Source of the DNA: an uncultured Planctomycetota bacterium
GTDB taxonomy: Bacteria > Planctomycetota > Planctomycetia > Isosphaerales > Isosphaeraceae
Assembly (NCBI GenBank): GCA_963823665.1
Contig: CAWGMQ010000008.1
Coordinates: forward strand, 1,760,001 to 1,824,000
DNA length: 64,000 nucleotides
Direction: 5' to 3'
Below the pieces are notes generated by a model. That model worked only from the letters and a program-made list of their open reading frames with translations. It made no database searches and was not told the DNA's origin. The position numbers and the translations under genes were made by a program. Shown piece by piece: positions 1 to 9,742 of this stretch (the first letter of the stretch is position 1; each line of letters starts with the position of its first letter).

Positions 1-211
1 GCTCGTGATGGCGGCGGCGAAGGACGCGACTGGTCACGAGGGCAAGACACCGAAGGAATGGCGGGATAAGCTGCCCGGGAAAGGCTTGAGCAAGCAGCCC
101 GACGAAAAGCCGACGTACCCGGAGATGGTGGCGCTCGAGTACAACCCCGTATTCCAGCCCGTGGGGATCACCACGCAGACTCTATTCAAGGTCTTTTTCA
201 ACGACGGGTGA
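1..211 (+). CDS. 3' end of a hypothetical protein entering from the left edge
   Basis: Open frame from the window start to TGA at 209-211 with high-GC codon usage; no recognisable motif. Confidence 0.5.
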   Translation, partial: LVMAAAKDATGHEGKTPKEWRDKLPGKGLSKQPDEKPTYPEMVALEYNPVFQPVGITTQTLFKVFFNDG

Positions 212-665
212 CCGGAGATGCATTGATTGCTTCCGGTCCGGAAGCTTCGTGGTTTTTGCGTTGTGGCTAATCGTTCCATGCGGGGGGTAGTTTCCCGCCT
301 CCAGCGACAGACGTACGAGGCTGGCACGTCTTTTGTCAACTTCGCCCGGCTGATCGGGCGCTCACCCGAAAAAGTCCCCTGGTCGGGTTGAAAGCTCGAT
401 GATGGGCAGAGGAGGGAGTCGAGGGGGAGCATCGCGTACCGGCGCACGAGGGCGATTACCACGATGGCGTATCTCTTTGATCTGCGAGGGCGTTTCTCGT
501 TCAGCTCGAAGTCGTTCATCGTGGCCGCCTGCCGGGTTGCGAGGTGGATGGCTGTCAGCGTGAAGACGTGGCGTGTGCTCCCTGTCGAAATCGAGAGTCT
601 ACGCTGCGGACGTACGCTCATCGCGACCATTGCGCCGGCACTGGCGTGCACTCATCGGGTATATT

Positions 666-1425
666 CTATTCCGCGGTCGGAAGTGCGTGAACGGCGGCTT
701 GATGGATGCGAAGGTCCGCGCACGTCATCTGGTAGCTGGCTTCCAGATCAAGGGGCACGGAGAAGTCGGTGGCGATCCACAAAGGGAGGGTCGGGAGCGG
801 CTGGCCCAGGGCGAACGGTGCCGGCCAAACCTCGAGTTGCTGCGACGCTTCTTCACGCGGCACGGCTCTATAGGAAACTGCCGACAGGCTCGACGGCGGC
901 AGGGCCGCCGCGCCCATATCGACCCCGAGGAGGGACAGGATGGTGCTGTTCAGATCTGCTCGTCGCGTGGTGACGGTGTCCACGACGACGAGCGCTACTT
1001 CCCTGTTGCAGGTAGCCGACACACTTGACCGCGAACGCCTGCCTGGATGCGGAGCGGTCCTTGTTCGGCGGGCTGAGCAGCTCGACGGCTGCCGCGAGGC
1101 GGGGGTCGCCGTCGTCAGCAAATATCTGAACCTCGACGCCATCAACGTTGGCCAGATCGACCGCGACGGCGAGGGCGGGTGCCGGTGCCTCCCAAGTCGA
1201 ATGCTCTGCCCCGCCGCGCACGCAGCCAGGGGTTTCCCGATCTTGCAGTGTGGCGACGTCGATCTCGATGGGGCCATCGCGATCCACGAGGGGGACGGCG
1301 TAATAGCCTGCGGGCAAGACCCTCTGGTTGAGTAGCCGGGCCATGGCTGCGGCCCACGCCCCATGGAAGCTGCGCCAGGGATGAGTTCGGTTCAACGGGG
1401 GGTTGAAATGGTCCAGCAGCGGCAT
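666..1425 (-). CDS. DUF4058 family protein (planctomycete, PD-(D/E)XK-like), split by one frameshift near 995
   Basis: MPLLDHF..PWRSFHGAWA start and VELLSPPNKDR motif in ORF 868-1425; continues as VALVVVD..QPLPTLPLWI..VPLDLEASY in ORF 666-1364. Confidence 0.8.
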
Positions 1426-1524
1426 AGGAGGCCCTTCGCGGTATCACTGGCCATCCGCAATAGAGGTCAGTGTATCCGGAGTCCGCATGATGAGGAAGAT
1501 TGATACCAGCCGCTGAGGTAACGA

Positions 1525-1915
1525 CACCATCGTAGGTCAGGTCGCCGTTCTCCGTGAGCGAGCCGTATGTCGAGGGTGCGTACTGGTACGAGAACGAGCT
1601 GCCCGCGCACGAGCCGGTTGTCGCCGAGCCGAAGCTGGCGCTGATCTGCGCCGAGCCGTCGAGCGTGCCGGTGATCGTTTTCCCGAGCGAGAAGTTGTCG
1701 GAGCCCGTCTCGCCCTCGGTGAACGTGTACGTGTCGCCGCTGGTACCCTTGGTGCCGGAGGCTTTCATATTCGCATTGTCATTGCCGGAGTCGGTCCAAC
1801 CGACGGAGTTCAAGCCGCTCTCGCTTTGGCTGTTGGTGTTCCCGGCGATTGAGTGGTCGTCGCTGACCGTAAACGTGTCGAGCGAAGTGGTGGTCGTATC
1901 GCCGATTGTGATCAC
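1525..1915 (-). pseudogene. Orphan S/T/G-rich toxin stalk fragment with no toxin tip
   Basis: VITIGDTTTTSLDTF..GSLTENGDLTYDGV is nearly identical to the N-part of ORF 6705-8537, then diverges. Confidence 0.75.
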
Positions 1916-1971
1916 GCCCGAATCGCTGACGCTGTGGCTCCTCCGTGTAACGCCTCCCCAGGAGATTCGGT

Positions 1972-2272
1972 GGGTGTCTGGCTCCTTCCGGACTTGCTGG
2001 TGGTCGTGTCGCCGATTGTGATCACGCCCGAATCGCTGACGCTGTGGCTTCTCCGTGTAACGTCTCCGCGGGAGATTTGGTGGGTGCCTGGCTCCTTTGG
2101 TGTCTGGCTCCTTCAGGAAATTGGGTGGGTGTCTGGCTCCTTGGTGTCTGGCTCCTTGGCTCCTTCTGTGCGTGTTCGAAGTGATCAGAGGCCCTGGTTT
2201 TGCGCCGAACGTGCGAGCCGCGAATGAGTGGATGCGGGGGGCCGTGATAAAAGGATGGGTGTCTGAAATCTC
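1972..2272. repeat. Cluster of short REP-like units GGTG(T/C)CTGGCTCCTT plus GGGTGTCTGAAATCTC
   Basis: About 5 full and partial copies between 1972 and 2166, another core at ~2257-2272; minus-strand core CAGACACC. Confidence 0.85.
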
Positions 2273-2274
2273 TT

Positions 2275-2976
2275 CTATTCGGTCGACGTACGCAGGCGTT
2301 CACTCTGTTCACATAGCGCGTCAATGTACAGTTGTGCGCCGATGCTGTTCGCAATCGATCGAGCGTTTTGTCGGCACAGGTCGACATAATCATTGTCGAA
2401 GTATCCACGACTGAGCATGTGCTCAGCGAGCGGTATGCAAGCCTCGAAGATTCGGTCGATCTTGCTCTTGCCCTGGGCAAGCTGACGAACGGTCTCCACA
2501 ACCGCCAGCACGGTTGTGTCGTTTTCCTTCGCCACACGCAACACGGTTGCGAGTGCTTTTCGCTCGATGTGGTAGCTAAAATACCGGCGCGTATTAAATG
2601 CAGGTTCGGCGAGCTCGGACCTGATCGGCGCGACAAAGCACCTCACACTCGGTAGTAGTGTGATAATCCTTTTTTGGCAGTTAATGAAGAAATGCTCGTC
2701 GACGTTGAACTCGCTGCCAATTCGGACCCTGTATCCGACGTAAAGCGCGTCGAGCCCGTCACCGGGCTCGTCAGGCGGGGCCACCCACAAATTGACGTCG
2801 ACATTGGCGTGCGAGGGCCGACCATCGGACACGAAGAGGTACACAACGATGTCCGGAGCGTGACTTTGAACCATGGACGCAAACGTTTTCCCAGATCCCG
2901 CTCGCGCCGGCACGAACCGATGAAGCTTCTGCAAATCGCTGAATATCTGAAAAACACTCTCTGCGAAAGAGGCCAT
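2275..2976 (-). CDS. Putative immunity protein for the nuclease toxin tip
   Basis: 233 aa, lower GC, immediately downstream of the HINT-nuclease cassette, no signal peptide; function inferred from position. Confidence 0.65.
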   Translation of the reverse strand: MASFAESVFQIFSDLQKLHRFVPARAGSGKTFASMVQSHAPDIVVYLFVSDGRPSHANVDVNLWVAPPDEPGDGLDALYVGYRVRIGSEFNVDEHFFINCQKRIITLLPSVRCFVAPIRSELAEPAFNTRRYFSYHIERKALATVLRVAKENDTTVLAVVETVRQLAQGKSKIDRIFEACIPLAEHMLSRGYFDNDYVDLCRQNARSIANSIGAQLYIDALCEQSERLRTSTE

Positions 2977-3072
2977 AACGGTTGCTCCAGTAAAGAGTCT
3001 CTCCTTCCCGTTTGCATTTCCGCACGGTTCGCGCTTACTTTCCGCTGAGTCGATCGGCCAACGGCCCTCGCG

Positions 3073-5030
3073 TCAGCTTCCGGGCGCATCAGGGCCCCAA
3101 GTCCAAGGAATCTCTCCCCCGTCAAGCTGGTCCAATAGCGGGCCCATCTTTGGCTCAAGTTTTGGATCGTTTTCAAAATGCCAATGCGGGTTTGCGCGCC
3201 CCATTTGGAGGTTGTCAAGATCTTTGCCGATCTGAACCTCCATCCTATCCGACCCCTCCTGTGATAATGGCCGTTTTCCGAATGCATTGGCTTTGAATTC
3301 GACGTCCTTGCCATTAAAAAGCTTGTCATAATTTCGACCGCCGATGTTCTGACGACCTTTCCCGGGCCCGAAGATTTTCGTCGCCCGATTGTCGTGCCAC
3401 AGCTTCGCCCAATTCAGCCACCCGCGCCCTTTCTTGCCATCACCATTGCAGGTCGCACTCATGTTATGCGACCAGACCGCGAAGCCCCAGATCTGGTGGC
3501 CGATGAAGTATGTATGATATTCCGCCACGCACATGTTGTAAACAGGTGCTGATGGCTTCGGGCCTTCAAAGCCGTCCACCTTCAGCCAGCGGCCGTCGTG
3601 GCGCGGAGCTCGTCGCCTGCCTCGAGCTGGTGCGCGGCGACCCAGCCGCGGTCCTTCACCCAGAATGGGTGCTCGGCCGTTGTGCGGATCGTCCGGCCGT
3701 TTACGTACAGGTCGAGCAAGGGCAGGTAATTCTCGAAGGTGGCTTCGACCTGCCTCGGCACTGGCTCGGCGTCCGGGTCGTCGTCCGGGGCGGTGATCAC
3801 CCAGTCGCCGGGGCGGATGTCTTCGATGAACTTGCTGCCCTCCGGCGTCAAGATCGGCGTGCCCGCGGCGAAGCAGCCGCCGGAGAAGATGTCATAAATC
3901 GCGCCGCCTAGGGATAGGATGGCTTTGAGGGCGCCGAAGCTGTCGTTGTTGGCGATGGCTGTCCTGAGCGCGTCCAGTGAGTCGATGGCGGTCTTGGTCG
4001 CGTAGCCCAGCCGAACGAGCTTCAATCCGAATGCCACCAACTTCGCGGCCTGAGACGCGTCTTCACCGACACAGCCCAGGGGCCCCAGGATTTTGCCGAT
4101 CGTCACCTGAATGGCCGCTTCGTCGGCCATCGGCGCGATCACATTGGCGCCCTGGTCGAAGTCTTCTCTGTTTCCAAAAACCGGATCATTCGGTAGGTAT
4201 TGCAGTTGCGGGACCAAGTACTGCAGCAGCTTGCTGTGCTTGGCGAGACCTTGAAATGTGTCGAAGGATTGGCCGTTGCCAAACGTCTCGCCCAGGGCAC
4301 CTGGCATGTTCTGGAGCGTCCCTCCCAGCAGGCCCGCTTCGGTTTTCGCGCCCTGCCATAACCTGCCGAGCTGGTAAGCGGCGTCGTCCCAGAATGAGCG
4401 CTTCGGCGATCCCGCAGGTCCCGGACCAGCCGCTCCGGAGGGCGTGGCATTTCGAATCGCCACGACTCCCGGGTCGGCGGCAGAGCCGTCTGCCGGGAGA
4501 ACAAGCAGCAGATTCGAGGCCGGCAGGTCCGCATCGGGATCGGTAAGGAGTAGGTTGGTGACCCCAGGCGAGCCCGCTGGGAACATCGGCAACGCAAGCT
4601 GCTGGCCTCTGCTGATCGGCCCTGGCTGCATCGCGGTCGGGTTTTCATTGCCGCCGGCGTTGAAATTGCTCAGGCGGTTGAGCTCGCTGGTGGTGCCGCC
4701 GTCGCTCAGGCCGGTGTCCATCGATGGGGCGTTGCCGGGAATCGGTGGGCCTTGCGAGGTTGACGCGCTGCTGCCTGAGCCGGTCGTGGTTGTTATTCCG
4801 GGAAAGCTGCGGCGGTAGCCGATTCCCGAGGGGTGCGAGACCCAGTTTGTGGCGGTTTGACCGACCTCGTTGGATTCTGCGAGCCAGACCTCGGTGCCAG
4901 CGGTGTTTGCTTCGGGGAGGATGTCGGGGCCTGCGAAGGACATGGCGTGTACGCCCATGCCGCCCAAGGCGGACATGAGGCCGGAGCTGGTGTCGAGGCT
5001 GCCGGGCGAGGTGCCAAGGTGCAGTGCCAA
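3073..5030 (-). CDS. Orphan polymorphic toxin cassette 2: shared block + helical linker + pretoxin HINT + PD-(D/E)XK (REase-fold) nuclease tip; frameshift near 3600
   Basis: CFAAGTPILT, TTAEHPFWV, VYNMCVAEYHTYFIG..VWSHN (HINT); GRNYDK..VEFKAN..QIGKD..PHWHF (nuclease-type tip); restoring one C gives GDELRAHDGRWLKVDG. Confidence 0.85.
4611..5022. repeat. Direct repeat B, copy 1 (shared pre-toxin block)
   Basis: Near-identical to 7512-7923 (offset 2901); encodes HLGTSPGSLDTSSG..MQPGPISR. Confidence 0.95.
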
Positions 5031-5071
5031 GGGCTGAAGCCCGTGGCTATTGACCGGCGCCCCTTTGGGGC
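5027..5071. repeat. Palindromic REP-like double hairpin at the 5' junction of cassette 2
   Basis: CCAAGGGC-TGAA-GCCCGTGG followed by GCCCC-TTT-GGGGC. Confidence 0.6.
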
Positions 5072-5174
5072 CGAAGACGATGCCGGCGTGACCGGGTTCG
5101 TCCTCGGTGAGCGAGTTGCATGTCGAGGGTGCGAACTGGGGGGGATTGCAATGCTTGTCTATGCCCTTATGCCC

Positions 5175-6350
5175 TTAGCGATAACGCCGACGGTCACCAT
5201 TTCTCGGGGAGGCACAGATTTTGAGCCAGGGTTCGACTGACTGATCGCGCAAGTCGCTTGCAGACGTCTGGGTCACCAGAGTGCGGCCGTCGGCTGAGAG
5301 GCACAATTGGCGGCATTCCTGCAGGTTCGGGCCGCACTCAACTGTGCCCAGGACTTTGCCGGTCTCGAGGCTGATGATACTGGCAAGGTTGAAGTTTGGA
5401 TATCGACCGACGGCCAAGAGCTTTGCGCGCGACGAGATCGCCAACACGCCAGCCTGGTTCAGGGTCGTCGGCGGAACGATGTCGAAGCGCTTTGCCACTT
5501 TGCCGGATGGCACTTCAATCATTGATAGTTCTTTCTCTCCCAGGTGGAAGACGTTCGAGCCGTCATCGGAGAAGGTGAAGGCCCCGCGCGAGGGCAGGTC
5601 GAGTTTTCGGGTACCGGTCGCGAGTTCATAGACTCGTCGTTGCTGGTCAAGGAAATCGTTGACAACGGCGTATCGGCCGTCGGGCGAAATTGACTCGATG
5701 GACTGGTTGGCCCGAAAGTCAACAACGCTCAGACGTTTTCCCGACCCGATCGCCCATCGAATGACAACCGGGCGGTAAGGCGGCAATCCATCGTTCACGC
5801 CTGTGGGAACCGTTCCCACCGCGAGCAGCGTTCGATCACTCTCGGTGAACGTCAGGTTCACGGCGCCTCCCTGCTCAACGATGTGCGCCGATTGCTGTCG
5901 CCCCGGAAGTGCGAAGATGGTGATGCCTCGGCCGTGTGCTACCGCGAGCGCCCGACCGCTCTTGGAGAATGCTGCAGAGAAGGAGCCGAGGAGGCTGTCG
6001 GGCGATTCCGGCAGCATGGTTGACTTGGCGGAGGTCAGGTCCCAGAGCTCCACTCCGTGCCGCACGGGCGGCCGCGGGAAGGTTGTCGATATGCTCGAAT
6101 CGCCTCTGTACGGCAGCGCCAGGGTTCCTGCGTCTGGAGAAAGGTCCCACTTCGCGTCGTAGTAGTGCGGTGCCGCGATGCCTTCGAAGATTTGCCTGAT
6201 TTTCGCGCCGTCGTTCGGCCTAACTTTGGCGCCCTCCGGCTGCCTGGTTTTGGCGCTTTCGACCTGGTCGGGCGATGGTCCTGGACAACCGGTGGAAATC
6301 GCGGCGAGCACGAAGGTGATGGTGATTCGATGAAACACCTGGCGGGTCAT
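5175..6350 (-). CDS. WD40/beta-propeller lipoprotein, putative immunity protein for toxin tip 1
   Basis: N-terminal hydrophobic stretch ending LAAISTGC (lipobox-like); repeats LSPDAGTLA, FSKSGRALA, ISPDGRYAV, FSDDGSNV, LSADGRTLV; upstream GGAG RBS. Confidence 0.8.
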   Translation of the reverse strand: MTRQVFHRITITFVLAAISTGCPGPSPDQVESAKTRQPEGAKVRPNDGAKIRQIFEGIAAPHYYDAKWDLSPDAGTLALPYRGDSSISTTFPRPPVRHGVELWDLTSAKSTMLPESPDSLLGSFSAAFSKSGRALAVAHGRGITIFALPGRQQSAHIVEQGGAVNLTFTESDRTLLAVGTVPTGVNDGLPPYRPVVIRWAIGSGKRLSVVDFRANQSIESISPDGRYAVVNDFLDQQRRVYELATGTRKLDLPSRGAFTFSDDGSNVFHLGEKELSMIEVPSGKVAKRFDIVPPTTLNQAGVLAISSRAKLLAVGRYPNFNLASIISLETGKVLGTVECGPNLQECRQLCLSADGRTLVTQTSASDLRDQSVEPWLKICASPRNGDRRRYR

Positions 6351-6430
6351 GAGGAGTTGCTCCGCTATCTAGGCCGCATCGGTCGGAGCGATTGGTGACT
6401 GCCATCGAGGGCACAAACGGGTCAGACGCT

Positions 6431-8537
6431 CTACGACGGTGGCGGCGGTATAGGAGTGACGAGTTTCCCCGTTGGGTCGACGCCGATCCTCGGCACGTTC
6501 GGAATCCTCACTCCGTTGAGCGGGTAACTGCCTTTGGGCAAAGGTATCGGGGTTCTGTTGCGAAACTTGCGAATGCTGCCAGCGTCCCGCGGATCTGCTG
6601 ATGGCCACGACTCGCTGGGGTCGGCGAAGACATGGCGGGCGACCCTCGTGCCCCACGCCGAGAGGCGACTAAGCCAATTACTTTGATATGTAGCATCATC
6701 TTTGTTAGTCGGGTTTCGAGCCCTGAGCACGTCGGTGTCCGGAACCGGCGACTTCCCAGTAGTAGCCGCACGTTCCGAGGATCAGCGTACCGTTGGCCTC
6801 AAGGGCGTTCTGGATTGCGAGAACCAGGTCACCGATTATATTTGCCCCGGTCACTTTCACTGGCACATCTACCGGTTCACCATTCACCATTAGCGGTTCG
6901 CCGTTGAACATTGCGTTAGAATGCATCGTGATCGATGGGCTCTCGCTCTCGCCGCCAGCGTGCGACAGGATGAATATTCGCCTGAATGGCTTGCCTCCGT
7001 TCGCTGCGACCGCGTCATTGATTGCCTTTTCGAGCTCCCGTTGATTCTTCGGCTGAATTGGCGACAGCATGAAGTGGTTCGGCTTGGACGCCAACTGGAA
7101 TTCCGCGTATGTAGAGCCCCGTTGCGGGCCGGTCTCGACGGTATTCGGATCCGGTGGTTTCTCGGTTGCAGGCGAACCGGCGGTGACGATCACGAGGTCG
7201 CCAGGCCCTGGTGGCGCCTCCGGATCGACGTAGCCCTGGCGCGCTGGCGATGGCGCCGGCGTAGGTGTGCCGCCGGGCCCAAGCATCCGATTATCGGCGG
7301 GCGCGCTGACCGGAACGGATGCTAGCCCCCCGCCGTAGCCTCGCGCTGCCTGACCCGATTGCGATGAATCGACGTGGTTCGCCATGCGCGAGGCGGAGTT
7401 CTCTGGGTAATAGAGCGGGTTACCGTACGGCGTCCAGATTCCGGGCGTCTGGTCGTTCATCACAGCCGAGTCGAGCGGGCTGAGGCCGCCGCAGCCGACT
7501 TGCTCCACCCGGCTGATCGGCCCCGGCTGCATCGCGGTCGGGTTTTCATTACCGCCGGCGTTGAAATTGCTCAGGCGGTTGAGCTCGCTGGTGGTGCCGC
7601 CGTCGCTCAGGCCGGTGTCCATCGACGGGGCGTTGCCGGGCAGCGGGGGGCCTTGCGAGGTTGACGCGCTGCTGCCTGAGCCGGTCGTGGTTATTATTCC
7701 GGGGGAGCTGCGGCGGTAGCCGATTCCCGAGGGGTGCGAGACCCAGTTTGTGGCGGTTTGACCGACCTCGTTGGATTCTGCGAGCCAGACCTCGGTGCCA
7801 GCGGTGTTTGCCTCGGGGAGGATGTCGGGGCCCGCGAACGACATGGCGTGTACGCCCATGCCGCCTAATGCAGACATGAGGCCGGAGCTGGTGTCGAGGC
7901 TGCCGGGCGAGGTGCCGAGGTGCTCGGCGCTGCCGCGGGTCGAGCTGCCGATCTGGCCGGCCGTGTCAACGCCGGCGGTGTCGCCCTGGCCGGCGTATTC
8001 GGTCTCGGTGAGGTTGGCACCGTCGTCCGAGCCGGAGGTCGAGGTCGAGCTGTAGGTTCCGAGCGGCGTAGTTACGGCCGGGGCGCCTGTGACCGCATAT
8101 GCGGTCGAGAGCGAGTGGACGTTCAGCGTGGCGAAGGTGCTCGTCACCCCGTCGTACGTCAGGTTGCCGTCTTCCGTGAGCGAGCCGTATGTCGAGGGTG
8201 CGTACTGGTACGAGAACGAGCTGCCCGCGCACGAGCCGGTTGTCGCCGAGCCGAAGCTGGCGCTGATCTGCGCCGAGCCGTCGAGCGTGCCGGTGATCGT
8301 TTTCCCGAGCGAGAAGTTGTCGGAGCCCGTCTCGCCCTCGGTGAACGTGTACGTGTCGCCGCTGGTACCCTTGGTGCCGGAGGCTTTCATATTCGCATTG
8401 TCATTGCCGGAGTCGGTCCAACCGACGGAGTTCAAGCCGCTCTCGCTTTGGCTGTTGATGTTGCCGGCGATTGAGTGGTCGTCGCTGACCGTGAACGTGT
8501 CGAGCGAAGTGGTGGTCGTATCGCCGATTGTGATCAC
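6431..8537 (-). CDS. 5'-truncated polymorphic toxin cassette 1: S/T/G-rich stalk + shared block + caspase-like (CHAT/DUF4347-type) peptidase tip; frameshift near 6730
   Basis: ORF 6705-8537 plus continuation 6431-6730; RRIFILSHAG..GTLILGTCG His/Cys pattern, each residue following a hydrophobic strand. Confidence 0.7.
7512..7923. repeat. Direct repeat B, copy 2
   Basis: Aligns with 4611-5022. Confidence 0.95.
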
Positions 8538-8779
8538 GCCCGAGTCGCTGACGCTGTGGCTTCTCCGTGTAACGTCTCCGCGGGAGATTTGGTGGGTGCC
8601 TGGCTCCTTTGGTGTCTGGCTCCTTCAGGAAATTGGGTGGGTGTCTGGCTCCTTTGGCTCCTTGGCTCCTTCTGTGCGTGTTCGAAGTGATCAGAGGCCC
8701 TGGTTTTGCGCCGAACGTGCGAGCCGCGAATGAGTGGATGCGGGGGGCCGTGATCAAACGATGGGTGTCTGAAATCTCT
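8146..8779. repeat. Direct repeat A, copy 2, including REP-like cluster 8593-8671 and GGGTGTCTGAAATCTC
   Basis: Aligns with 1525-2273. Confidence 0.95.
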
Positions 8780-8787
8780 GAAATCTC

Positions 8788-9145
8788 CCACAACCCAAAA
8801 ATGTTCGTCGCTTTCCACAGGAAACGATTTGTACCGTCCCTGGTAAACATGGCCCAGCCCCGCGTAGCCCCGATGCTGTTGCCACCGTCGCACATGGGTG
8901 ACCGTCAGCCGCTGCATGAACGCTGCCAAGTCCCCATCGCTCGCCGGCCAAACCAGAAGATGCCAGTGGTTCGGCATCAGCGCATAGGCACACACCCGCA
9001 TCGGCGATTCATCGCGTGTTTCCCGCAAGACGTGCTCAAACGCCTCGTAATCCGTTGGCTCTTCGAACAACTGCATGCGCGCCACGCCTCGATTCAAGAC
9101 GTGGAAGACCATCCCGCCTGGGGCGACCCGCGCTGTTCTTGGCAT
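8788..9145 (-). mobile_element. Truncated IS200-like Y1 / REP-associated tyrosine transposase (RAYT-type)
   Basis: MPRTAR..FHVLNRG, CAYALMPNHWHLLV (HUH), GHVYQGRYKSFPVE; homology ends at DEHFWVV, just before the expected catalytic-Tyr helix. Confidence 0.9.
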
Positions 9146-9184
9146 CGAACCAAGTTACCAACAGACCACCTATTTTGCCAATAT

Positions 9185-9204
9185 CGGACCTGACCCCGTT
9201 TTCC
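9185..9204. repeat. REP-like unit upstream of the transposase (GGACCTGACCCCGTTTT)
   Basis: Core CTGACCCC resembles CAGACACC of the downstream cluster, in opposite orientation. Confidence 0.5.
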
Positions 9205-9292
9205 TCCCGCATGATGTGCGGGGGCCGTGAGTTGATGTGAGTTCTGATGCGCGGCGAGCGGATCACTGTGGGTGACGCCCTTCACCCCCTGG

Positions 9293-9311
9293 CCCCCCTT
9301 GGCAAGGGGGG
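9293..9311. repeat. Palindromic REP-like hairpin CCCCCCTT-GGC-AAGGGGGG
   Basis: Perfect 8-bp stem in intergenic DNA. Confidence 0.6.
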
Positions 9312-9742
9312 GAAAGGGACGGGTGGAGGCTTCCGCTCGAGCGCGGTGCTTCGAGCGGAACGCTGGCGGATTACGGGGCGTTGGCGAGGCGCTTGACTCC
9401 AATCACTTACCTCAGGTATTTCAGTTTGATAATCTGGATGTCGTCGACTCGCGGTCGCTCTGGTTCAGGAGGCACGGTTTCCAGGACGATGACCTGCCCT
9501 CGTCTGTCGGGCTCCCGCGAGGCGGAATGCGAGACGCGCCGAATCGATGCGCGGAGGCGAGAGGGTTCCTCCTGCCAGAACTGTGAGAGAAACGAAGCAA
9601 GGGTCGTGACGAGGCGGGCGCGGCGAAGTGAATTGCCAGGCATTGAGATGACATCACCAGGGGTCGGGTGAGCTGCCGCAGCAGGGCGTCGAAGAACAAC
9701 TTCGGGGTTGCATCATTCGCTCGTATGAGAGGACGAATTGTG

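Larger units (their letters stand above)
1525..2273. repeat. Direct repeat A, copy 1 (toxin stalk fragment + REP-like cluster), with an internal ~110 bp tandem duplication (1887-1990 / 1997-2097)
   Basis: Near-identical to 8146-8779 by direct alignment, with a few substitutions. Confidence 0.95.

Noticed and set aside
34..651. 205-aa minus-strand ORF
   Set aside because: No recognisable motif, atypical composition, overlaps the plus-strand gene end
1972..2166. Short-repeat cluster as a CRISPR array
   Set aside because: Units are only ~15 bp, spacing is irregular or zero, and there are no cas genes
3460..3880. HINT domain as a true intein
   Set aside because: HN is followed by Met, not Cys/Ser/Thr; there is no homing endonuclease; the context is a toxin tip
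4611..7923. Repeat pairs A and B as the template/variable repeats of a diversity-generating retroelement
   Set aside because: No reverse transcriptase in the window, and mismatches are not restricted to adenines
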